A DNA stretch of 61,112 nucleotides, counting the filler, from Hausera hauseri (Eukaryota), in NCBI GenBank assembly GCA_046269625.1. It is 10 parts of 10 records of this genome, joined end to end, with 100 filler letters (N's around TTAATTAATTAA, not from the genome) between each part and the next. Parts side by side here need not be neighbours in the genome. Positions count along the whole stretch, not along the records: positions 1 to 6,356 come from JBJURY010108098.1; positions 6,457 to 12,792 come from JBJURY010111654.1; 8 more parts are not named here. One strand, given 5' to 3'. The notes below the pieces were generated by a model. That model ran no database searches and had not been told where the DNA came from. It saw only the letters and a list, made by a program, of their open reading frames with translations. The position numbers and the translations under genes are program-made. Below, one piece after another: positions 1 to 10,517 of the stretch. How positions within the stretch are numbered: the stretch's first letter is position 1; every line of letters starts with the position of its first letter.

Positions 1-329
1 ATGCTCGATTAAAACCCTTATGACAAATCGAACAGCTATACGGATGAGTAAGGGCATTGTCAATTATCGATTTATTGATATCGTGAGACAAAACGGGTTC
101 TTTTATTTTTGTTTTTTCCCGAGCGGCTTTTATTAATTCTTTCAACGATGGTTTATACGACCTAGCAACATTCATCGTTGAAATCTGTTCGATTTGTGCG
201 TTATCTAATTCTAAAATATCGTTTTTGGAATCAATCGCAATAGTCGGATGATTATTGTTGTCGATCATAACGGAATTGTCGTCGACGTTCGAATTGATAA
301 TCAAAACGTCATATTCGGATAACAATAGT

Positions 330-700
330 TTTATGTGTGAATCTAATTCCCGAGTTGTTTTGTATACTTTATTGCAATGTGTACATCGGTACAAATTCAA
401 ATTATCATTATGCTGCATTCGGACATGCCGACTCAATGATGAAACCGAAATAAACTGCTGTTGGCATGCTATACAGACGAGGTATCCATCGGTTCGCTTA
501 TCTCCACAACCGTTTTCATGGGTTTTCGAATGAGCCCAAAGAGACAATTTCGCCGAAAATTCTCGATGGCAAACGTTACAAACGAAATCTTTTTGAATTC
601 TATGATCCACTCGAACGTGTTGAATCAATTCTTCAGAATTTTTGAATTCTTTGTCGCAATTTGCACAACCGTGATAGAAAAACGATCGTTGTGTGGATTT
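330..700 (-). pseudogene. C2H2 zinc-finger gene fragment (about 4 fingers, frameshifted)
   Basis: Manual minus-strand translation gives CANCDKEFKNSEELIQHVRVDH, CNVCHREFSAKLSLWAHSKTH, CIACQQQFISVSSLSRHVRMQH, then YRCTHCNK with a frameshift. The + ORF 461..778 is its antisense shadow. Confidence 0.85.
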
Positions 701-1489
701 TTTATAACGACTAACGATCATCGTTTCATCAGCTGGTTTTTCGGAATTCGAAATGATATACGGACCACTGGTCAATAGATTACAACTGGGATTTGGTAAT
801 TTGTTGGTTCGTATTTCGTCGTCATCGGAAAATAATGATGCTCGTAATATGGGGAATTGGTCAGCCAACGATTCTTTATTGGCGTCAAATAATATTTCAT
901 TGACCGGTTGATAGTAATAGTCATTTTCTGCCACTTGATGGCCGAATTCCAATTCATTCCCATCAACGGTACCAACTAATCGGTTTATTGTCGACTGCTG
1001 TTGAATACTACTCGTGACGACGTTCTGCACCGAGAATAACGAACCTATCTCCATTCCAACTTGACCTTCTATATAACCGGTCATATTGTCATTGGTGTGA
1101 TGGCGGTTACTTTTAATTTGACTTCGTCCACCAATTTCCACTAACGAATCTCCAATCAAAATACCGGTATTACAGTAATTATTCTCGTTACACGTATTCT
1201 AATTCGTCTGCGTTTCATCAATTGCCGACAGATTCTTATGCTGATTATCAAGTGAAACAACCATGTATTTGGCGCTATTCGAAAAATTTGTAAACTGATC
1301 CACGTAATTTTCCATCAAAATATTCAACGACTGAGTGGTGTTCAGGTCTAAATTTTCTGGTTGGTGGATATTGAGAATTTCACACTCGATGTTGCCCTCC
1401 AAATGATTGATTTCATGTGTATTATTGATAATCGCCCCATTAGACTCGACAAACTTTTCATCATCATTTCCCATCGGCACCACTCGTAT

Positions 1490-1800
1490 TATGATATTTC
1501 ATATGGTATGATGAATTGAATTTTTACCGCAAACTTCGCGCACATATATCAATTCATCCGGATTGTGCAGTCGTTTGTGAACGCGTAACGTTTGTTTTAA
1601 ATTGAAACGCTTATTGCACAATTCACAAACATATTCTTTCAATTTCCAATGAGATTCGAAATGATTTTGTAGCACCGATTTCAATCGGAATGATTTAGAG
1701 CACAGATAACACTGAAACGGCCGATGATGGGCGCGCATTCGCACGTGTCGAAATAAATCACAACCTTTTATGAATAGTTTTAAACAAAACCGACATCAAA
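1490..1800 (-). pseudogene. C2H2 zinc-finger fragment
   Basis: ORF 1499..1744 has RPFQCYLCSKSFRLKSVLQNHFESH and YVCELCNKRFNLKQTLRVHKRLH; the last finger is broken. Confidence 0.85.
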
Positions 1801-2159
1801 ATTGTTTGAACCCGTTTACATGGTCTCTGATAACTTCATGGACCTGAACAAGACCCGTTTCTCGGTCAATCCGTTCTACGTCTTCCAAAAACATTATACC
1901 GAGTTTTTCCGATTTCGATTCATCCCATTCGAGTTTGGTAAAATTCGATGTGGATGGCGTGTAGATGTCAACGGACGATATTTGATTTGGTTGGTTAGTG
2001 AGATCGTCGGGAAAATGAGAAATTTCATTTAACTGATTGTCATTCCATAGATACTGGGAAATTTCCGCATCATCATGCAAATTGGAGTTTATTACTTCGT
2101 CGTTTGATTGTTCGGTTCTTTGATTTCATTGTCATGTATTTTATTCGCCACAACTTCCT

Positions 2160-2470
2160 CTATTGGGTAGCCATCAATTTTGACAGCACTGCCATTGTAT
2201 TGGTAATCGGAATTTGAATTTTATGTATAACTCGAACGTGCGTTTTCATATTGTGCTCATACGTAAAACTTCTCATACAAAACGGACACTGATGAGCTTT
2301 TGTCGAATCATGAACGGCCATGTGAATTTTAACCGATGACTTTTGCGTAAATCGCTTTTTACAAACTGAACATTCAAACGCTTTAATTCCTGTGTGCGTC
2401 ACTTCATGTCGTCGAAGTAATATAGGCGTTTTAAAAGCTTTCGAACATTTTTAACAATTATAACCGATTT
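2160..2470 (-). pseudogene. C2H2 zinc-finger fragment
   Basis: HTGIKAFECSVCKKRFTQKSSVKIHMAVH (TGEKP-like linker) and CPFCMRSFTYEHNMKTHVRVIH. Confidence 0.85.
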
Positions 2471-2667
2471 TAGATGACTTCGAATCAACTTTTTTCGGAT
2501 GACCGCGTTTTAAACCGGATTTAGAACTGTTGTTCGCATCGGGAGCTTTACCTTTGGCGTAGAATTTTATTGTCCGACAGGCGACTTTCCTCGGTTTGCG
2601 CTTATTGGATTCTTTGGCGGAATTTTCCGGACAGGATGGCGGAGATACCGGCTGCAGCATTAAATAA

Positions 2668-2957
2668 TTATCCAAATTGAAGATCATGCTTCTTTACATT
2701 GCCGACATTATCAAATGATTGTTGGCAAATTTTACAACGCAAAAGGTTCATTGACACTTTGCTTTTGCACAAACTTCCATTTTTAAAATCACTTAAATGA
2801 ATAGAGCAATGGTCGCATAATAATTCCTCGTCAACTTGATGAACCAAACAATGACCTTGTAGAACTTTCTTCCTACTAAACAAACATGAGCATATTGGAC
2901 ATTTGAACTAATAGATTAACATCGTGATTGTAACTCAATTTGCACAATGAGCACTTA
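2668..2957 (-). pseudogene. C2H2 zinc-finger fragments directly after PBS
   Basis: KCSLCKLSY, FKCPICSCLFSRKKVLQGHCLVH, CKICQQSFDNV; frameshifted and truncated fingers. Confidence 0.7.
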
Positions 2958-2959
2958 AC

Positions 2960-2977
2960 ATCCCACTTCTGACACCA
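2960..2977 (-). promoter_or_regulatory. Primer-binding site complementary to the 3' end of tRNA-Leu(CAA)
   Basis: Minus strand reads ...AACCCACA-t-TGGTGTCAGAAGTGGGAT: an 18-nt PBS one base after a CA LTR-type end. Confidence 0.8.
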
Positions 2978-2978
2978 A

Positions 2979-3263
2979 TGTGGGTTCGTGTGTATCATCG
3001 AAATGGGGTTGAACAGTAAATTCGAAAACGACGAGAATTAGATCCAACAATGTATTCAAATTCAGAAACTACAATTTTTAAACCAGACTTAAGATTTCTT
3101 AAGTAGACAGTATTTGATACATTCAAAAATGACATAAATAAAAACAAACTATTTTAACGAAGAGTACTGATTACATGTCAAAATATTTGATTCTACATTT
3201 CTCAGTGAGTCATGAATTACTCATTACGTAATTGTACAGAATTTTTAATGCACATTCTCTACA
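2979..3263 (-). repeat. Putative 5' LTR (TG...CA, about 285 bp)
   Basis: Ends in CCACA next to the PBS. The candidate start TGTAGAG at 3263 is a guess and no partner LTR is in the window. Confidence 0.45.
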
Positions 3264-3443
3264 TTTAAATCAAATCTTATCAAGAACGATTTCTTCCCTG
3301 GTACACCGAAACTTTTTAGTTCAATGGGAAGAATAGAAAGAAAAGTACGCGTGTCCGGAGCAGGGGTAAAACACTTAATAAAATCAATAACAAATTTTAT
3401 AAACAGAAATTCGCACACAACTGTCATTCACAGACAGCAATTG

Positions 3444-5357
3444 TTACCATCCCACGGGTATTTTCAATTTCCTGTTTGTATCCTTCAACCAATCATACAA
3501 AGGTCTGAAATATTTCAGTATCGACGAGGACTGGATTTCTTCACTGCCCGTCAAAATGGATATCGTTTTCCTCCAGTGCTGTTTTTGGCCTTGTTCCAGC
3601 ATTTCGAAAAGTTTTTTTCCCGCAGTTTTAGACTGATAAAAATCACAACGATGAAGAGGTCCTTGATGTTTACTAAGTTTACACATTGCTTCATAAAACT
3701 GGAATTGGTAAATGAAACTTGCAAAGTACCGAATGTATGTAATACCCATTGCTATGTGATACTTTGCGCCCGGGTCGAAATCACGTTCAGTTCGGCGTAA
3801 AGGTGGCTTTATTCCTTGGTACTTATATCTCAAATGCCACCAATATTCATTCAATTTATCAACGGATACTGACCCATTGTACACACTCCATGAATACGAA
3901 TCCATCGTCAAGGCGAATGGAAGAAATGCAACTTTTTCTAATGCCATCAACAACAGAAAATCAATGTCAAATTCTGGCTCATTTGGAACCTCAGAAATCA
4001 ATCCAATTTTATACAGATGTTCTGGAGTCTTGACAGACAATGAAATCGTATCTCCCACAGCTTCATGAAATCCCGGATTTGCCCCACCTCTAAGAAATAT
4101 ATTGAGATGTCGATAAGCCATAAAATATTCGACATGACCCATTTCGTGGTGGATCGTCGTAAAGTCTGTGAGTGTCTTTTTCGTACACATCAAAATTCGA
4201 AAATCCGCGCCATTTGAAAAATCCCATGCTGATCCATGGCAGTCTATGATTTTGCCCTTTCGATGTTTAATGACACTTCGATCCCAAAAATTTTCAGTCA
4301 TTTTAAAAAATCCAATAGATGTAAAAAAATCTTCAGCCGTTTCAAACATTTCTTTTACGGAAAAAGTCTGAAGAACTTCAACAGCTTCACTTTGATAGTC
4401 ACTTTCTTGTCGTTTTCTACACCGTTGAATAATATCGAATATATGTGGCCAGTGTTGACCCCAAACATTACCAAATAAATGTGCTGGAATTGGACCAGTT
4501 CTGTCAAATTTTCCCGGGTAATATTCACTCAAACAGTGTCGAACGAATCCGTGGAGTTCTGTGTATAACGGTAAAATTTCGTCGAACAATTTTAAAACTA
4601 CTGAATCGAAATTGTCTTCTTCAAAATCAACCTTCAGATGAAACGATGCAGCATCTTTGTAACCATTCTCTCGAGCTCCAATATTTTCCAATTCCATTCT
4701 GCGAACGTACAATTGTCGAATCTTGGCCCCGGTTTCATCGGACCAACTTTTCCAGAATCCTTCCAATTCCTCGTAATTCCTTGATGTTTGAAAAAAACTT
4801 GTAATTCCTTTTTCACCAGCATCCAAACATCGTCCACCATAACAGGGTTTGGCATTGTTGTAAATGGCAGAAATTTGCCGATCAATTTGATTGAGTTTCA
4901 AAGGTATTTTGATGTCTTTACTTCGAATAGTTGGAGTAATCAATTGAAATATTCGACGAATTTCTCGACCTTTGAAGTTCTTCCAACGGAACTTTTTTAA
5001 TTTCTTCATTTTTTCTTGATTTATTAGGGTTTGATCCCGTTCAAATTTGGCTTTAAGTCGCTGATTTTTCGGATTGATATCCGTTGAATAACGATACCGA
5101 ATATTTGACATTCGGTTGGCATTTCTTTGGAAAGTTTCACTCATTGCAGTGATCCATTGAGTTGCGCAGGTTTCGCTGTCGTATTCATCACATACGTTTG
5201 GTATATATTCCATTTCGGTAACATTATAATAACTATCGAATATTGGATTGTCGCCATCCAGATAACTTTCATCAGAGTTCCATAGAATATCGTTCGATGT
5301 TCCAGATATTCTTGTTGTTGTCGTTAGTAGTACAAAAATCAATGCGTCGGCCAACAT
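3444..5357 (-). CDS. ace: Angiotensin-converting enzyme-like zinc metallopeptidase (family M2), single domain, secreted
   Basis: Intact 637-aa ORF with an N-terminal hydrophobic signal, HHEMGH (HExxH), GANPGFHEAVGD, DFDPGAKYHI and YIRYF. No C-terminal TM segment and no introns. Confidence 0.95.
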   Translation of the reverse strand: MLADALIFVLLTTTTRISGTSNDILWNSDESYLDGDNPIFDSYYNVTEMEYIPNVCDEYDSETCATQWITAMSETFQRNANRMSNIRYRYSTDINPKNQRLKAKFERDQTLINQEKMKKLKKFRWKNFKGREIRRIFQLITPTIRSKDIKIPLKLNQIDRQISAIYNNAKPCYGGRCLDAGEKGITSFFQTSRNYEELEGFWKSWSDETGAKIRQLYVRRMELENIGARENGYKDAASFHLKVDFEEDNFDSVVLKLFDEILPLYTELHGFVRHCLSEYYPGKFDRTGPIPAHLFGNVWGQHWPHIFDIIQRCRKRQESDYQSEAVEVLQTFSVKEMFETAEDFFTSIGFFKMTENFWDRSVIKHRKGKIIDCHGSAWDFSNGADFRILMCTKKTLTDFTTIHHEMGHVEYFMAYRHLNIFLRGGANPGFHEAVGDTISLSVKTPEHLYKIGLISEVPNEPEFDIDFLLLMALEKVAFLPFALTMDSYSWSVYNGSVSVDKLNEYWWHLRYKYQGIKPPLRRTERDFDPGAKYHIAMGITYIRYFASFIYQFQFYEAMCKLSKHQGPLHRCDFYQSKTAGKKLFEMLEQGQKQHWRKTISILTGSEEIQSSSILKYFRPLYDWLKDTNRKLKIPVGW

Positions 5358-5696
5358 TTTTCTGATTTGATATGAACTCAGTGAGTATTGCTCATTTTAT
5401 TTAAGCCGCTTACGCAGTTGTAGGTTAATCATATGCTGGTTATTGTTTGCTTGGTTATACACAACTTACACAACTGATAATCAATATTTGAGTTTTACTC
5501 ACTCATAGCTTGATTAGAGTCTTTTGCATTTTCATAGGTTCATTATGAGGGTCCATTTATGTAGGATGTACAAATAGGATGTGGTTCCATACATTTTCTA
5601 TCACTGATTGAAATATTGTTTGGATTAATAAAGTCAGCTTAAAAATGATTGAATACGTCTTTCGGGGATTTTATTCAAAAGTTGTTCGGTCTTGTT

Positions 5697-6010
5697 AGTA
5701 GGTAGAAAATGGGAAATCTGCACCACCCCTCGGGGGTGTGCGAATCGTTAAATAAATTTGCAAAAGCGCCAATCCATAGTGCATATGGAGCATTATCGAT
5801 CGGTAATGTGCTAGGCGACTGTGCACATTTGATCGAGTTGATCGGGACAAAGTGCTAATCGATGGTGCACATCAAGACACATCGATTGGTGCACATGTGC
5901 AAGTGTACAAAAAGCAATGATATCGGTTTTCCGATATTTCCAATATTGATGATTAGCACATGGCACCTGGTGCAATCGATTGGAAGTACGGTGCACTATG
6001 TGAATGTGCA
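5697..6010 (+). mobile_element. Polinton/Maverick-like terminal inverted repeat (left end)
   Basis: Starts AGTAGG.. and aligns with the reverse complement of 43701-43934 (shared GAAAATGG and GATCGGGACAAAGTGCTAATCGAT). Rich in GTGCAC and ATCGAT palindromes. Confidence 0.6.
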
Positions 6011-6356
6011 AATGGAATTTAAATATATGGAGTAGATTTCGAATAATATCGATCCAAAGTGAAACTCGTGCACACTTTCCATAATTTTTTTAGGTCCGAG
6101 GAGTCAAAATTCGACAAATGTTTAAGCGGAAACAGATAGAAAATGCCACATTATAACACCGGAGTAGGAGGAAGTGAGGATATCGCGTCAAGACCTTCAC
6201 CCCCCCCTCTGTGATGAAAATTGATGCGTTTAAACAAAAGTGAATTTCAAAAATTGATGTATCGGTACTTATATGTTATCCACATGGGGTGAATCCGTGA
6301 TTGGGTGAATATGTACTTATCCCCCGATTGGGTGAATTCGTCTTTATATAGTATCG

Positions 6357-6456
6357 NNNNNNNNNNNNNNNNNNNNNNNNNNNNNNNNNNNNNNNNNNNN
6401 TTAATTAATTAANNNNNNNNNNNNNNNNNNNNNNNNNNNNNNNNNNNNNNNNNNNN
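6357..6456. other. Artificial contig spacer N44-TTAATTAATTAA-N44
   Basis: Identical 100-bp linker with stop codons in all six frames. Confidence 0.99.
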
Positions 6457-9400
6457 CCGATCTTTCTATGCGTCCGGTGAACCTTTACAAACTTTTGGTG
6501 TTACTGAATTAACTTTCGCACTTCCAAATTTCCCAAACACATTCACGTGGAAATTTACAGTAGCCAATGTACATACACCCATATTGGGTTCAGATTTTCT
6601 GTCCCACTGCAATTTACTTGTAGATTGCATACCATGTTCCTTAAAGAGCGGAAACAATTTTAATCAAATTAGCAGCATTTCGGTAACCACCCAGGCGATT
6701 GCGTTCCAGCAAGTCAATACTAAAGAAAACAACTTCCGATTTAAAATATTTTTATAATCATTCATTATACAGAAATTTTTATTACGGCAACAAATACGAT
6801 GTTGCCTACTGCGTGGCACCTATGACTGATAGTACAGCTGCCAACTCTATCTTCAACACGAACATCCTGCCTCTAATACCATCTAGTCACAATACCTCGT
6901 CTACAACTCATACCTCAACTGCATCCAGTCACGATGCATCCACACCATCTGAAAACTTTTCATCGCTCCCCTCTGAATTACAGCAATATATTTCGTCTTC
7001 CTTCACACGTCTGTTGCAAAAGGACAAATCATTCTTATCACCTAAATCCACCTTCCATCACATAGTAACAGCACATCAAAGACCAATACGTCAAAAGGCC
7101 CGCCCGCTATCGCCTCGCCCCAGACAGGCAGTGGGGCTGAGTTTCTCGAACTGGAAAATCAGGAATAATCAGAAGATCCAAATCACCGTGGTCTTCACCA
7201 CTGCATGTGATTCCATAAAAGATGGTACCTTTCGCCCATGTGGTGATTACCGCCAACTCAACATCTTAACAACAATGGATGCCTACTCTCTACCATTAGT
7301 CAACGATATCCTTCACAGTCTCCATTGTTCAACCATTTTTCCCGCATTGATTTTCACAAAGCATATCACCAAATTCCGGTGGCCCCAGCAGACATTTTGA
7401 AAACGGCTGTCATTACATCCTTCGGCATTTTCGTATACCTTTGCATGCCATTTGGATTACTTACCGCTTCCCAGACCTTCTAAAGGCATATTGATACATT
7501 CTTTCAGGTTTAAACTTTGCTTATCTCTATATTGATGATATCTTAATTGCATCATCCTCCTCGAAACAACACTTCGACTCTTAGGTTTGATCTTCCAGCG
7601 CTTGCACCAAAACAACTTGAAAATTAATTTCTTTAAATGCTGTTTTGTTTTTCAACATAAGGTTAACTTCCTAGGATATGCTACTACCTCCTCCGGACAT
7701 TCACCTCAGCCAGAGCGCATCACAGCTCAAAAACATACAGCTACCACGTACATCAAGAGAGATGCGTTCTTTCCTAGGAACCTTGCACTTTATTCATAAG
7801 TATATTTCACAATGCTCCACTCTAACCACTCCATTTGCATCACTAAGCTCTGGCAAGAAAAAACAGCCTATTCAATGGGCCGCCAAGCTAGTCAACGCTT
7901 TCGATCACCTCAAAGATAATCTAAAAACCGTGGAAATTCTGGCCTATCCCGACTCCCATGCAGAACTCTATAACCACTGATGCATTTACAACAGCTGCAG
8001 GTACTGTCCTCCATCAAGTCAAAAATGGATCCCATGAGTCATTAGAATTCTTTTCTCGAAAATTCACGGAACAAGAGCAATGATATTTTACCTTTGATAG
8101 AGAGTTGCTTGCAATGGTCCTTGCCGTAAAACACTTTAAGCATCTGTTAACCGCTCGAACCTTTACAATACAAACGGACCACAAGCCCTTGCTTCAAATT
8201 CTCACCATGAAATTGCCTTTTCCATGTCAGGAGAGGCAAATATCATATTTATCCACATTTAATTTTAAAATTAAGCACCTAAACGGAGTCGACAATTCAG
8301 TAGCCGATTTTTTGTCCTGATCGGTCAGCTCGATTGATTTTACACCAATTTTCCCTCAATCCAAACTTTAACAAAACCAGCCACCTTCTGACATCCTTAA
8401 ATCTTTTAAATCGTGCAAAACCATCGAAGGTGTGGCCTTCGACACCTCCAAGCCTAATAATCCTAAAGTTATCCTTTCTGAATCGCTTCAAAAAAAACAT
8501 TCAACAACATCCATTCGTTTCACCATCCTGGCCGCCGATGCGCTCTGATGTGCATGGGTTAGGCAGTTTGTGGCATGCCAAAAATACAAAGTTACTAAGC
8601 CACCACTATATTATTTTTCCTGCACGTCTCGTTTTGAATCGGTTCACATTGTCCTTGTAGACCCATTACCCTTAGACAACGGCCATCAGTTCATCCTCAC
8701 AATGATGGACCGTTCCTCGCGATGGCCAGAGGCTGTCCCGCTTTGGAGCACCAATACAGAAACAATCGCAGACGTTTTCATCCGCACTTGGATAAGCAGG
8801 TTTGGATCACCTCGCCACATCATTCCGGACCAAGGTCCACAGTTCGAATCAAACTTGTTTAAAGCTCTTGTCACTCGATTGGGAATTAATCACATTTACA
8901 CGTCATCAGATCATCCTCAATAGAATGGCCTTCTCGAACGCTTTCGCCGAACGACGAAAACGTCTTTTAAAATCCTTGCTGAGTCCAATCGCAGTTGGAC
9001 TACACTCCTTCCGTACGTTATGCTTGGCTGGCGGAACACACCATTTACTTCTACAGGCTGTTCACCTGCAAAAGCATTATTTGGCACTTCTATCAGATCA
9101 TTATTCGAGCTTGCTGAGCTGGACAATATTCCTACAGATGAAACCATGCAAGCGGCCCAGAGACACTTCGTTGCGATCAGCAAAGACTCATTTTGTAGAC
9201 TGTTACACGGAAATAAACCTTACATACCCAACGACTTATATACTGCCAAGTTTGTAAGGTTAAAGAATCAGACGCCGTGTGGTTTTCAACCTCACTATGT
9301 TTGCCCTTACAAAGTAATTCGTTTACACTCTCACAATATCATCATTCTCAAGGACGACAAAGAAGTAACAGTCCACATCAACAACGCTAAGCCGGCTTTC

Positions 9401-10500
9401 TTCATTGACGATACGTCTCCCATCGAAACCACTTCTCCATCAACATCTTTATACGATGCGCAGCAATTCAAAAATTCACCTTCCATCTCTGCTCAATTCT
9501 TTGACCCACTTTCCCCTTCATTTTCTCCCAAGACTTCTACTTCAATTTTTTCTGACAGTGCATCCCCCTTTTTCCCATCCTATTCTCCACCTTCAAGCCT
9601 TTTAACACCCCCTTCATTCCCTGGTGACAACTTGCTTTCTCCGCTTGCAAGACCTCCTCCGTTAGGCACCACTTTGACTTCACCAATTTCTCCATCTACC
9701 CCTTTCATCATTCCAGCCTCTTGCATACCACCTTCCAACTACTTTCTTTCGCATTCTTCATCTTCTTGCTCTTTTCCGCTTTATTCCTTTTCGCCATCTT
9801 CTCTCTCTTCCACACCTTCCTCATTTTCGGCGTTTTCTTTCTCTCTTTTTCGGCACATATCGACTTTTACCCCTTTCATTTCCTCTTCGCAACTTCCTCC
9901 TCTCTCTACTTCTATTCCTATCTCTCTTTCTTTCTCTACCACTCCCTCAGTCTCACTTTCTACTTCTACTTTTTCGTCTAATACAGTTCCAATTTTGACT
10001 TCAATTTTCGTCTCTCCTCCTTCATCCCCCACTTCACCTTTAGTCATTCCTTCGTCCTCTAACATTTCCTCGAATACCTTTAACCATCCGTCTCCAACTA
10101 TCTCTCCCCTCCTTCACCTTCTTTTTCCCTTCGTTCTGACTCGTCTTTGCACGACACAACACTCACAACAAAATCTGACAATTTTTCCCCAAACTTCAAC
10201 CTCTGCAGGCAAACAGACAACATAATGACAAAACACGCAGAGTTACATTTAGCAAGTATAGCAGGGAAAAATCAGTAGGAGACACCCAACGTCTTGTTCA
10301 CACTAAGATCAACTGACACACACTTTTTCGTTTAACGATTTTCTTTCCGTCTATTTTAATCTTTATAGTTTTCACTTTGTCACGGGGGGGTTGATGTGGT
10401 GCCCACAGCGGCCGGTGCCCTTTGGCCAATTTGGTTGGACACGGCCGGGCGTCATTTGCCGCCGCGTCGGACCCATAGTCGGGCCCGATCTTCCGACTCG
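6457..10500 (+). mobile_element. Decayed Ty3/Gypsy LTR retrotransposon family A (PR-RT-RNaseH-IN, PPT, partial 3' LTR)
   Basis: PILGSDFL (PR), DGTFRPCGDYRQLN and YIDD (RT), TDHKPL/N..ADFLS (RNaseH), RWPEAVPL and DQGPQFES (IN). G-rich PPT at 10384-10390 then TGTGG at 10395. Many stops and frameshifts. Confidence 0.93.
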
Positions 10501-10517
10501 AGGATTTAAACAGCGTT

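Noticed and set aside
2960-2977. tRNA-Leu gene on the plus strand
   Set aside because: Only the 3' 18 nt including CCA are present, which fits a PBS and not a tRNA gene.
3324-3800. 158-aa plus-strand ORF and other small ORFs over ACE
   Set aside because: Antisense shadows of the ACE gene.
3444-6356. ACE as cargo inside the Polinton
   Set aside because: The terminus at 5697 points away from ACE, so the gene lies outside the element.
6401-6412. Recurrent palindrome TTAATTAATTAA as a regulatory or CRISPR-like repeat
   Set aside because: Always embedded in N44 runs; it is an artificial six-frame stop linker.
9781-10065. Glu/Gly-rich minus-strand ORF
   Set aside because: Reverse complement of the CT-rich tract; a compositional artefact.
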